A DNA stretch of 64,000 nt from Bugula neritina (lineage: Eukaryota > Animalia > Bryozoa): positions 4,356,707 to 4,420,706 of the forward strand of contig OZ037767.1 in the NCBI GenBank assembly GCA_964035545.1. The letters run 5' to 3'. Positions 11,901 to 31,300 of this stretch are shown piece after piece. Numbering within the stretch: position 1 is the stretch's first letter; each line of letters begins with the position of its first letter. A program made the position numbers and the translations under genes. Under the pieces are notes generated by a model that was not told the DNA's origin, made no database searches, and saw only the letters and a list, made by a program, of their open reading frames with translations.

Positions 11901-14900
11901 TTGTTTTGCATGTCAACTCCTACTGTCGGTAGAGGGTGCTTCCTGTTTAGTGGCAGATATGGCATAACAGCCTTGCTAGGTGCTTGAGGTGCTCTTCTGG
12001 TTTGTAGTACATACAGTAGCTAGAATGGCTGTCATAATAGAATTGTGATTTGTGCTGCATACGCTCTGTAAACATATAAATGTAATAAACAGAATAGCTG
12101 TATGGGCATGGTATATGCTTTACAATAATTTAGTAATTGGCAGATGTATGATCAGGTTTGGTATATAAACAATGAATTGTCGCCTCTCTACTGTTGTATG
12201 TGTTATTTGTCTGTACACAGGAAGGCCAATGCTATTGCACTACCAGTCTGGGCTGGTCCCAGCCAGCCGACACTTGCGTCTACCAGTTTGGGGCCATCGT
12301 TTACTCTGTTACACCCATCTCTGATAACAGTGTAACTTTAGTGGTAAGTGACTTCAATTGTGTCTGCAGCAGTTTGTGTGGTGGCTATTGTGTTGTTGCT
12401 ATAGTAATTAATGTGGCAGTTGCTGTAGTTGTTACTGTAGTGGTTGCTGTGGTAGTTACTGTGGTGTTATCTAGTAGTAGCCTAAAGGTGTGATGTTAAA
12501 CATCGACTTTTCAATATAAAATTTGCAAAATATTTTTGGATCATTTTTATTTTTATATTATTGTGGTGTGTGAAACACAAATAGGAATGTTGTTATAACA
12601 TACAGGGTTCTTTCGATCAGAAGTAAAAAGTGTGTGCATTATATTAGTTGCCTAAGTATTGTATAGCTTTATTTCACTCTCATATTTCTATTCTCGCGAA
12701 TCAGCTGTTGCGGACGTCTGCTTTTCACAGCCAACGTCTGCGTCAATATCCACTCCTTCACTCATTCTGTGGGGAGTATTTTCATGGATATTTGTTGAAA
12801 ATATATGTGCTTTGAAAGTTTTACAGTTTTTGATTTAGTTTTATTTTTATGAAATTTACCAATACACAAGCTTACCAGGCTTGATGTGTTGGTTAATGCA
12901 ACTGTCCTAATGTCGGCTACTATTTTAATGTTTGAATAACAAAAATTTTAGCATTTTTTTTCAAAGAGGCAATTTTGTTACTGGACATTTTTAGCCGATA
13001 CTAAGACTGATCGGTATAACTACTTTAAAGTCTTGGGCTACTAGCATTAGATCACCATGGCAACGGTGTAGCTAATTCCTTTATTTTAAGTTTTTATATG
13101 CTATATACTCAAGAGGACTTTGCCAACTCGGCTTTATATAAAAATTAGCTTACTTCTGCTTTCTAGTTTGAGAAAAGACGAACAAAGCTGAAAGTTGGAG
13201 TCGTTGCCTATTTCAGAGGAGGAAGTACCTTAGCCTCTTCTCTCTTCTACCTCCATCAAGGTTCGTCTAATACGCGGGCGGTGCTCTTGCGCTCCTCTTA
13301 CAGCATGTTAGAACAGAACTACACAATTGTATAATACTGAAGAGGTGGTTATATTCTGCAGGTAGCCTCTCAGTCTATGAAATTGACAAGTTATTAGGCA
13401 ACAAATGGCCAAATGTTGCTGTGATGGGAGCTGAAAATGAGAGAAGTGAACTGTTTCTGTCTAAGGTATTTATACGACATCAGTTTAGCCTGCATGCATT
13501 GCTCTCTGCTGCCTTTCTGCTGCCATTCTGGTGTGCATCTCAACTAGCTGCGGTGCTATCGCAACAATGTTTTTTGGTCTCAATTTTATGTATTTTCCCT
13601 TCAACTTTAGTCTAGATATAACAAAAATTAAGCAGGTTATACGCGTGCTGTGCAGTATTATTGTTTTATGCTGTAGATATTATCTTTTCTTTTACCGCAT
13701 TGGCCATAATTTATGTGTTGCAGATATACCCTGCATGGTTCTATTGCGATTCCACAGCATTGCCCGGCATTTTCTACAGATTATACCCAAAATCAGGCGA
13801 TAAATTCAATACTGGATTAGAAAGCCTGGAGGCATGCCAACGTAAAGTTAAAATTACGGAAGGTATGTTTGCCTGTCTGTAACAGTTCCATAGCTATGTG
13901 TAGATAAATGTACTTGGCAAGGTGTGTGCTCGTTGGTACAACTAGATAGATGGCCGCTGCAACTATTGCTCTCTGTTTGGAGCTGTTATCTCACAGTTTG
14001 ACTATCCGACCTGCAATTTGTTAGACTGAAGCTAATTACATAATTATACCATATCCTTTAAAATCAAGTTGAGTATTGAGTATGTCGTAAATGTCAACTT
14101 AAGCATTGAGTATAACTTAAGCAATTTATCAATTTTGTGATAAGTATCGTGAGTTTTGTTCTGATTTTCCCAAAAAATAGAAACCAGAATATGGTAGATT
14201 TTTTAAATTGGTTAACTCATGCACTTTAATCCATAGCTACTGATTTGTAAACAGTAATGTTTATAAAACTTTCTTCAAGTCTGTCAATGACACCGACGGA
14301 GGTAATTAGCATATGTTGATATAAGTTGGTATGACACTACAGTTGGCAGTCTCTGCGCCGTCTATGTCAAGGAGAAATGTCTCATGTCACCAATAGTGTC
14401 CACTAAGACGGTTAGGATTCTACACGCCGGTACACTGGCAAATGCTGTCAAACTATACTCTGATATTCAATTCATATACGTGGTAAGTGCCAGTAGCCTC
14501 TCTTTGAGAGGTAATTTACTGTGAGACTCGTTTTAGCAAAATATCGAGTAATTAACAAGATAATAAATAGTTAAATATATAGTTATAAATACATACAAGG
14601 TAATAAACTCTGTTTAAATGCTGTTTTTCTGCAACTATTCAAACTGGCACCGTAGATGTACTATTCTTAAAAGTCTTTACAAAGCTTCTCATTTTCTAAT
14701 AATGATTCACTGGTTGGCCCATGCAACATTCACAATGATAATTCAGTGCAACTTAACTGCGGGTGGTTACTCAACGTTTCCGTCTTTTGTGTTTAGTTGC
14801 GAGATCCCCGGGCTATGCAGGCGTCGCGCGTTTCTATGATCAAATGGTATGAGGAGGACCAAGTCAGTCGCCTTCGAGATTTGTGTTGGGAAATAAAGGA

Positions 14901-15772
14901 GCTGCATGGAGTGTTTGGGACAGGCAGGAACACCCACGTAGTTCACTATGAGGACATGGCCACGGATATTGTAGCCTCAGCTACCCAACTCTACAAGTAG
15001 GCTGTTGCTTCAGTTGTGTTGTAAAATTTAGCTAAGGATTTAGTAGCATATTTGACTAATGCAGGTGTTAGACAGGCTTTGCATCACAATGGTCTGTTCT
15101 CAAATGAATATATGCTTGGTTAATATTTGGTCTGCTGTGCCAAGTTGTGATCTCTTTTTTCACAAAGTTTTTGCTAGTCGATATGGCTATAATTTATGGT
15201 GACAGTTCTATTATGTGCCACACCCATTGGATCATATATTATGAATTCATTGATTTTAGAAACATTCAGAACAGATAAACTTTTGTGACAAAGCTAATGG
15301 CGATTATTATTGTACTATTTTTTGTTGCATAATTTTACTGTAAGACTTCACTTCACCAACTTATATAATGATATTTTTTATTATGAAAAAGTAGTTTTCA
15401 AAATATAAACAGATGAGGTACATACACTGTTTTCGGTTGTGTCGGTTGATACACTAATACTGCATTATTGCGTAAACATGATATTTGAATCTTATGTTTG
15501 TCACTCGGAATACTGCTGATTGTAGAGAGACGAATGTCACTTTGACAGGAGAGCTGTTGGAGAAATTGAAACAGCTGACGGGAGAAGGTGCAGTTCGCAA
15601 GTCGAATTTCGACGTTGTTCAGGAAGACCCGAAATCCCGCATCGGCTCGTGGGTGCATAACAAGAAGATGTTTGGTCAAATAAAAACTGCAGATTCTTCT
15701 GAAGAGTGTGTTGAAGTGTTTAGATATTATTCAAGTTATTATAAACCTTTGACTAAAATTCTTTCTTCATAA
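8903..15772 (+). CDS. Type II membrane carbohydrate sulfotransferase (CHST1/GlcNAc6ST-like catalytic domain) with WSC - TSP1-like - WSC stem, 12 exons, ~628 aa
   Basis: Exons 8903-9113, 9322-9482, 9831-9966, 10405-10557, 11040-11218, 12221-12343, 13167-13260, 13362-13465, 13724-13862, 14343-14482, 14797-14996, 15526-15772 join in frame. N-terminal anchor ISFIIICLVLVFYYWLML. WSC1 MTPHVCQIFC..FMGLT-RGDTCIC..CKLPCSGNSVKHCGG; WSC2 LIGCF..CLKEC..YAVFV-EGQCYC. 5'-PSB AYFRGGST, KTVR, 3'-PB LRDPRAMQASR, VHYED. Confidence 0.88.
10810..10966. repeat. (CATA)n microsatellite in a sulfotransferase intron
   Basis: Directly visible; source of the HTYIHTY and MYVCMYVC ORFs. Confidence 0.97.
11490..11742. 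repeat. 9-bp-unit palindromic satellite (CTATAGTTR)n
   Basis: Units ctatagttg/ctatagtta/ctatagcaa/ctatagtaa; includes a perfect 42-bp palindrome at 11509-11550. Confidence 0.9.
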
Positions 15773-16828
15773 CAGTTTAGGTTTATTGCTTTAAGTGTTC
15801 CCTATCGACTTTTGGCTGTTATAATATGCAATCATGATATTTGTGTTCAGGAAAAGCTTTCATACCCTTTTGAATGATTTATTACCGCATCTTCCATTTC
15901 TCATAACCTTGTTAAACAATTATGATAACAATTTTTTACTATTTTATGCTCTGTTTCTAAATTATTGCAATTTTTGCATCATTTGTGAGATTATAATGTT
16001 GTGCTAACCTGGTTAGAGATGTAGTATTGTTAACTCGCTGTTCATTGGCTAATACAAACAGCTTGGATAGTCACAATCATTTCTCGGGTTTTTATCGGTC
16101 ACATGCAAGTTGAAATTATATAAAGATTTTGGGCGTTTAACTGCCAGTTTTAGTGAAAGTGTGTGAATTTTTCTACTCGACTAAACTCTAGTTATTCTTA
16201 TTTTATCATTTATTTTTACTATGAGCATGTTGACCTTTTTTCCTTTTATAATATGCTGGGTCTGTAGATCTTTTGTCATAATAGGTATTGTGCATTCTTT
16301 ATATTTATCTTTTTCTTGTACTGCTGGAGCTCTAGATGGCAATTGGTTTATTTTAAAGGTTGTCATCTTCAGTTTTCTACATTATAGTTTACTTTTTCTT
16401 AAAATGCAATTATATGTATATTTTCATTTTTCAAGTTTTCAGATCTCTGACTTTAGAAAATTTACTTATTGAAATTAAAACCTCCCTCAATATCAGAACT
16501 AGTTTGTTTTATAACCTTTGACCTTTCATAATTAAATTTATTTATCAATTTTCAAAAGTATAAAGCACTTGAATGTAAAGGACCCTTAACATCTCCGAAT
16601 CTCTGAGAAATATTATGAACATTACAGTTGTACTTGACATTAACAAAAAATAAACATAATTATACTAAATTTTCTAGAATAATAAATCACTTAAAATCTG
16701 AATAGTAGAAATTATATTAACTTATAAAATATATACATAGGCACGTGAAATAAGGCTATTTATGGAAGGCAGCAAAACTGACCCAATTTGTACAGAATTT
16801 ATGAAAAACAAAAAAGCTCAGTTTTTAT

Positions 16829-23564
<6,736 letters not shown>

Positions 23565-24191
23565 TTTAAACTATTATGTATGTGCTAGATGGGTAATTGT
23601 GCCTCTACAGACTTATATGCTGAGAAGGTTTATGTGCCAGACATGCAGGGTCAAATAGAACTACCTTTAAAACAGTTGGTAAAAAAATAATGGGTACATA
23701 AAGTAAACAACAATTTTATGGTACAACACTGAATAAATAGAACTTTGTTCAAATCAATATATAGTTTTATTTATAAATTTTGAAACTGCTGTATAATTTA
23801 GTAATCAAGGCTCTCACTAAAACATAGTATTTTTGCTTTTAAATAAACATTTACTTTTTTTGCCATAAACTTAATTAAAATTTAAAATTATGTCGAATAG
23901 TATGCTACCAATACTATGGTGATTTTAAATCACCAAGGACCAATCAAGTTCCACGGTTTAAAATAAAAAAGTTGTAAATTTATAAGAAAACCTAAATTCT
24001 ACGACTACTGTAAATAAGCACAGGACTTTAAAAAATGCAAGAAAGTAAACTAGTTTCAACTTACATTTAATTAGTTTCATTTTCATAAATTTTAGAACAT
24101 GGTGCTTCGAAATTGATGATGAAATAGTGACCATTAATTCTCAAAGTTAAAGTGAAAACTGTTTCAACTGTCCATTCAACTTTGTTGTCCC

Positions 24192-24205
24192 ATCCTCATA
24201 GCAAC
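24192..24205. promoter_or_regulatory. Candidate RFX X-box in the ANKEF1/FKBP2 divergent promoter
   Basis: ATCCTCATAGCAAC fits the RTHNYY-WT-RRNRAC X-box consensus. It lies ~130 bp from a minus-strand GTAAGT donor (24059-24064) that probably ends ANKEF1's non-coding exon 1. Confidence 0.55.
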
Positions 24206-24703
24206 GAATGCCATTTCCGTTTCTTGTTTTGCAATGTCAAGGACATTCCTCATAGTCTAGCACTTTGTGTTTTCTGCACTTGTTTTTATATTTACGTTAT
24301 CAGTCGTTAAATGTATGCAGTTTAGTTAACTATAGCCTGACGTGTAAAATTTTCTAACCAGGTAGAATTAATTGAACTAAACCCACCGCCTATCAGTGTA
24401 TAATAATATTAAGGTATAAATAATTGGGTATTAATATTTATGTTACTGTTATTATTAGCATAACTGCTCATACTCATACTGTAATTTTAGATAGAACTTT
24501 GATTTAATCTAAATCATTAAATTAAAATTGAGTGCATTGTTATTTAAGTTTCAATTTGAACATCAACATGAATTTCAATTTTAATTTACAATAAATTTAA
24601 TTAATATTATAGTTATATATTATAATAAATAATAATAATAATATTTATTGAAATTAAAGTGATTAAATTTAATATTAATAATATTTTTATTGTTGGTATA
24701 GTA

Positions 24704-25053
24704 ATAAATACCCCGGAAAGTTTTATCCAAACTAGGGCCCAAACACTAGGACAGCCAAGATCAGTCAGCACCAATAATAACTGCTATTATAACAGCTTCT
24801 TGCCACGGACAATCCGTGACCTTAAAGGGAACAATCCTTGCAAGACTAATTTACACACAGAATAATCTAAACATTGACAGGTTAACTTACCTGTACTAAT
24901 AAACAATATTGCAACACACACTGCAACCAATTTATGGACTATTGTATGCATTTTACTTTCTGACCAACCGTAAACATATGAGGCATGCCGCTTCTGCTAC
25001 CTAGTGGCCTAGCATGATTGTAATCTGGAGGTAACTGGAGGTAACTGGAGGTA
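24704..25053 (+). mobile_element. 5'-truncated non-LTR retrotransposon 3' end (CR1/L2-superfamily-like) with (CTGGAGGTAA)3 tail
   Basis: Encodes ..YYNSFLPRTIRDL.., the typical LINE ORF2 C-terminal motif (SFFPRTI.DWN-like). A ~160-bp 3' UTR and a tandem-repeat tail follow. Possible ATAGTA target-site duplication at 24698-24703 and 25054-25059. Confidence 0.7.
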
Positions 25054-26464
25054 ATAGTATTGATATTCTCATAATCAATATCATTCAATCAATCATTCAG
25101 TGCCAATGTGAATCACTGAATGTGAGTGTGACTGAAAATGAATGCACAATTACAGTCACTATGACTATCACAGTATCAGAATGAGAATGTATCACTACCA
25201 GTATGTAATAATGATAATTTTCAATTGTAGTATTAGTCATAATTATTTACTAAAAGTAATCTTAGTACTAATAGTAATACTAATAGTAATAGTAAATTAC
25301 TATTAGTATTAAATATAATGAAATAAGTACTAAAATTATATCTATTGGCTACTACTAAATATAATACCTTTACCATTAGTAAAACTCAATGAATTTATGA
25401 TCACGAAATGTATTTATTTGTAATACTAATATTCTAAGTAGAATACTGTAAGTGCCATAGTTATACTAATAGTAATTGGAATACTAATACTAGTAATACT
25501 AATACTAATAATAATTGTTTAATAGTAATAAACGTTAGTAATGCCAATAGTAATAGTATTTTTGCATTAGCTGGTGTAATAATAGTAATACTAACATATT
25601 AATAGTAAAATTGAAACCAATCATTATTATACTAGTAACATAATAAAACTCGAGTAAAGCTGTTGCCAAATTTAAATTTTAATTGAAGTAAATAATTAAT
25701 TGTTGTACTGAGTAAATTTTATACACTTGATGCAATACTCATCATACCCATGCCCATTTTAGTAAAATCAAAGTGGTAGAATATATATAATTATCATGGG
25801 ACTATCACTTAATTATAGGTTTCCGAGAACTAAAAAACACTCATGCAATAAACTTGCGTGGGTTTATTTAGAGAAGTTAGAAGTACAAGAACTTAGATCC
25901 AAACTTGTACTTTTGAATCAGGGAAATCTGTTGGTGCATGATTTTTGTACCCTAATCACAACCAGCTAGTCATATACAAGCCGACTAAGGATTGCAATCT
26001 ATTGAGGGGGACTACTAGTTACAGATTCTGGGGCTGAATAATAAAATAATTGCACAAACATAAACTGAAAAGTTCAAATCACTAGTTATTATTGCAGGAT
26101 CAAATTTTATAATTATTTTACAGATGTTTTACACTGTTAGTGATTTGCCTTTATTTTTATAGTTAAATTAGATATTTGAAGTATTCGTGATAGTATCACT
26201 TATCAATTAATACTATGCACACACTGTTTATGATAATTAAGATTCTGACTGCTGTAATGTTAGTTTTTACTGAAAGTCATTTTTGCAAAAAACTAAAATT
26301 TTCAATATATTGCTGAGGTAGAATATTTTGATCGTTTCCGTTTTGTAGTTGGATATTTTAATGTGTCATCATAAAATTCGCACTATAGACTTATTTCGTA
26401 AGAATAATATCATAGTTTGTGATATATACATTTATTGTTGTAGACTAGTATTCAATTATTGAAA

Positions 26465-27901
26465 ATGAGTTCCTGGACTGTAGTAACTGGTACATTTGTG
26501 CTGCTGCTGTGTACTTTGTACTTGGTGAGTGCAGCCGATAAAAAACTTCAGATTGGAGTGAAGAAAAGAATTAGCCCGGAAGATTGTAAAATAAAGTCAA
26601 AGAAAGGAGACAAACTAGAAATGCACTACACTGTAAGTTGTAGGGGTTATGTCCACATTGTGAAAAAAATTTCATGCTATTTTTCTAAAGTTGCCGACAT
26701 TTTAAACACAGTATGTTTTGAATTTTTAAAAACATTAGAATAATCTGAATTTTTTTTAAAACCAATTTTCTCTGAGTGACTAAGTAGTTTATAAATAACA
26801 ATTTACTCACAAACACAAGTTTTGGTACAAGACTCACAGTAAACATAATTTTGCAAGTGCTTGCAAAACGTTCCTCTATGCTAAAGGAAACACAAACTAA
26901 CTAGCAAAAACTTTCTTGTTAACAATTTCAGTCTCAGTGTATCAAGGAAATTTTGGTAGTAAATGAGAAATCCTATTTATTTACTCTCAAATGAGCTAAG
27001 ATTTGGGCACAAGACTGGCTGTAAACATAGCAACAAGTGCTTGTAAAACGTTCTTCTATTCTTGTTAACAATATGACAGTCTCAATGTATCAAGGAAATT
27101 TGGATAGTAAATGGGAACTCATTGTACCGTATGTTACTATAACTTGTATTGCAGGGTACTTTGGAGAGTAATGGTGAACAGTTTGATAGCAGTGTGGAAA
27201 GAGGACCATTTAGTTTTACTCTAGGTGTTGGACAGGTTATCAAAGGATGGGATCAAGGCCTCATTGGGTAAGAAGGTTGCACCACCATCAGTGCAGTCAT
27301 TTTCGTTATACCTTTAGTTTACCAACTCACTGGTACCAGCATTCTGCTAAAAATAGGCACTTTTATATTCTTTGTACGCAACCGATTACCTCTGAAGTGT
27401 TGAAAGAGCATGTATTTGTATTGGGGTCTGTGTGCTGGTAAGAGTAGGCTACTTAAAGTTTTTTTTGTATCTATGTGATGTACAATGGAAGTAATTAAAG
27501 GTTAGTTATAATTAGAAAGAGTACTGCTTTTAACCACAAAACTTTACAAAACTTGCCAGATGGCATTGGCTTAGAACTTCAAGATTAATTAAATCAGAAT
27601 CAGAGCTAGTCCTGGTTGGCGAGTTTTATGGGGTAAGTTAGTTGGTTTTTCAAGGGACATAATTGTCTGCTAACTCTCTCTCTATAGAGATTTTTAGGAA
27701 TATATGAGATTTTTTCAAAATCAACCTGTGATAGAGGTACTATATCAATGTTGTAGAATGTGCGAAGGTGAGAAGAGAAAGTTGGTAATACCTCCAGAAC
27801 TGGGCTATGGAGCAAATGGAGCTGGAGATAAGATCCCTGGTGGTGCCACTTTGGTTTTTGAAGTAGAGTTGCTCAAAATATCACGAAAAGAAGAACTGTA
27901 G
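26465..27901 (+). CDS. FKBP2: ER peptidyl-prolyl cis-trans isomerase FKBP2 (FKBP13)
   Basis: Exons 26465-26632, 27155-27267, 27757-27901. Signal peptide, [84 protein letters not shown]-terminal KEEL ER-retention signal. Confidence 0.97.
26815..27120. repeat. Diverged tandem duplication in FKBP2 intron 1
   Basis: caagact..gtaaacata..caagtgcttg(c/t)aaaacgttc..ttcttgttaacaat..cagtctca(g/a)tgtatcaaggaaattt..tagtaaatg occurs twice (~26820-26970 and ~27000-27120). Confidence 0.8.
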
Positions 27902-28317
27902 CCCAATGGTGGCAAACTTATAGCTAGTGCAATCTCTTAAGCAGTACTCATTGTTTCAATATATTAATTTGATATCTCAACTTGTCCAGGTTGTATTATT
28001 GTAAGCTGCGTATTTCAGAATGAACTACACATTTATAAATTGTCTATTGAGTTTAATAACATCACTAGAATCATAAATGAATATATATGATAACAAAAAC
28101 GTATACACAGGGGTTAATAGGAAGCTTGAAAAAGCTGCTAAGTTTTAAAATACCAGCACAGCAAATTGCCAACATTGTTCTTCTACCAGTGTAGATATCC
28201 ATAAATTTTATACAGCTAACAATATACATACTACATGACTAGGAATATAAACTACACATGTTTGAAGATAACATGGCAATATTCATTGAAGAGTAGGAAT
28301 TATCACTAGAGTTATGT

Positions 28318-31300
28318 TTAGCGAAGAGCTATCAAACCAGACTCAATCAACTTTTGGATCTTTGAAGCTATTGCTGGGTTCTGTAGATGCCTACAACAAT
28401 AAGTTTAGAGTTCAAAACCGTAGCAGCAAAGCAAGAACCGGCTCATTTCTAATGCAGAAGAAATCAAAATTGAATTTTTTCGCACAGGGTGCCAATATGA
28501 GTAAACCGGTCACATTTTTTATAACAGAATGTGTAGCATAGAGTTACAGTAATAACTATAATTGCTTTCATCATGCCTCATCAGGAACTGTCAATTATTC
28601 AGTCATACTAATAAAGATTGTGAAGTCAATCATTCCAATTGCCTTGGCAGTTGCACCATCAACTTGGTAACAATTGGAAGTGAAAATCTGTACCATCACA
28701 GCAGATGCTTAAAAACATGATTGCGTTCAACTTTGCTTGAAACAAAAATAATGAAAACATTCAACAATCTAAATGCTTGAATTATTGCTATTAATATTCC
28801 TAATGTAAAAATTAACTTTGAAAAGATGCGTTGCTTTATCATTCTTTGATGTAACAACTCTGTTTAAAACTTCATTTTTCACTTCTGCTTTGCAGATTTC
28901 AATTTTGCATTTGAATTGATTTAAAATTTCCATAAACTATTCAATATGTACCATTTCCAAGTGAATGTTTACTAGCTGGGGTTAAAGTCACGTCGAGTAC
29001 TTGCCAACTTGAAACTTGCTAAAACTCAACTCGCCTTTCTAAAACTTTTGCTTTAGCTACTTGTTAAACAAATTGATTTTCAATATAACTACTGACTGGC
29101 TACAATAAGAGTTGTTTAAAATTTAGGTCAACCAACGACTAAGTTGTGTTAATAAAAGAGATGACAATTCTACTCACTCCTTCAGGGCTGCTGGTTCTTT
29201 TTGCATCTGCTCTAGAATCATTCTCATGGCAGGATCTCCTAAGATGGACTGGACTTCTGGGTCATTCATAGCCCGGTTTCTTACATCTTCAGGGGACTCG
29301 GACATGGCACACTTTCTATATCCGTCAATAGCCTCCTAAACCACAACATATTCATAAGAAATCTTTAGCGGATGTGAATGGAGCTCGAAATACATAAAAA
29401 ACAAAATTGTATATTAAGTAAACATGGAACTAAGTAATAAGCTTATGTGCTCAGAATTATAATGTACACAAATACTATGTTTAAAACTTTGTTCACAGAC
29501 AATACGACTCCAACTTTAACCAGCATACATTCAAATTTTTTTCAATATACTTTACCCACAAAAATACTAGCTGCAGTAGCCCCAAATTGGTGCAAAAGCA
29601 ACTCTGATTATTACAACAATTATTATGACTTTTGAGTCTGGTTTTCATGATAAGTGAATTGATAGGAACCAACAAGTTAACATCACTGTCAACACCACTT
29701 ACCTGACATTTAGGATCCAACTCAAGAGCTTTCTGATAGGCTTGCTCTGCTTTAGAAGTCTCCTTCATAGCCAGATGGCACGTTGCTTTCCGTAGGTAAC
29801 CTTTGACTATAACATAGCATATACGATACTACTGAGAAAGTTAGAAAAGTTGTTACATTAAATGATTTAACATGTACCAATCAATGCATAAATGTAATCA
29901 ATCAGTAATCAGTCGATAAGTTCTGTCTAGTTGACGTACCAAAAGTAGGATCTAGCTTAACGCACTCATCAGCGTCCCTTAGGGCCAGGGGAAACTCCAT
30001 CAGTTTGGCGTAACACGCAGAGCGGTTCGAGAACACTTTTGCATCTTCGGGGTTCCTCTTTAAAGATTCTGTGTAGGCAGCAATGGCTTGTGGGAACTTT
30101 CCTGTAACACAAGTTCTTAATTAGATAGCACAACTCCCACTGTGATACGAAAACCTCACGGTGGTAAGACAACTCCCTACTCGCTTTCAGAGTACGAACA
30201 CAACTCCTCAGTATGGCAACAAGTCCCTAGTGATGAAAGAATTTTTACATTAATAGCACAACTCCTCAGAAGCAAAACATTGAATTATATTCAAGAAATT
30301 TGCTGCTTCAATCAACAAATTATAGGGCTTAGAAAGTTAATTAACTGCTTAATACATTCTATTTATTTGTAAAATAACAGTGGACAAAAGTTTGAAACTA
30401 GACTAGACAGTGGTTGAGCTTAGTCAGTAGCTTACATACTTTTCATCAAACATGATATATAACAAAGATACCTTACCCTGCGTAAAGAACGAGTTTCCTT
30501 TTTGCTTTTCTTCCAAAGCAAGTTCTGGATTTATGTATGCTCGCAGCTCTTTCTCCTTTATTAATTTTTGTACCTATCACAAATTGTATGCCAATTTTAG
30601 CTGTTAATTTGACTACTGAGGGTTCTAAGAGACTAAAGTCACTAGACAGGATAGCTTATGAAAGTCTGTCAAAAAGGTGCAATCATTAAACAAATAGAAT
30701 GAGTGGGCTCAGTCGAGGTAAAAAAGGAGGAAACCATATCTGGATTTCCTAGAACTGAATGCTTAAGTCATGAACCATTTCTTTAAACATTTTAATTCAT
30801 TTGAAAATAGAGAAGAATAAGAACGGTCACCTCGTGTGCCTTTTTAATGACTGTTGAGTCACGGAATTCCGACATGGACTTGTTAAGGAAAAGCAGAGAG
30901 TTATCTAGATCATCTTGTTTGAGATAAGCATTACCAATTCTGGCGAGAGGCCTAAAGATAAATACTCCCATTGAAATATCGGTATATACATCATGCAAGA
31001 GAGATGAGAAAATTCCTAGCTCATGGTACTGTACAGTATGTAAACATTGCTTTAGTTGCCTACTTATTTTAGTAAAAATAAAATAGAAAAACAAAGTCCA
31101 ATGCTATTTATGAATCTAAAAATAATATTTTGCATAGACAACTTAAAAGTCGTTTAAATAATTGTGTAATTACACAACTCACTCCAAAAATTTCTGAAAT
31201 AATACTGTAATGTGAAATATTTCACATGTTGAGCACTTACTTGGCAATAAGTTTGTAGTCTGCTTGATTTTCCCTGCCAACGTCCACAGCTTTGTGACAT

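Noticed and set aside
28540-28595. Minus-strand CTGATGAggcatgatGAAA hammerhead-like core in the last STIP1 intron
   Set aside because: Stem II and stem I cannot be paired convincingly.
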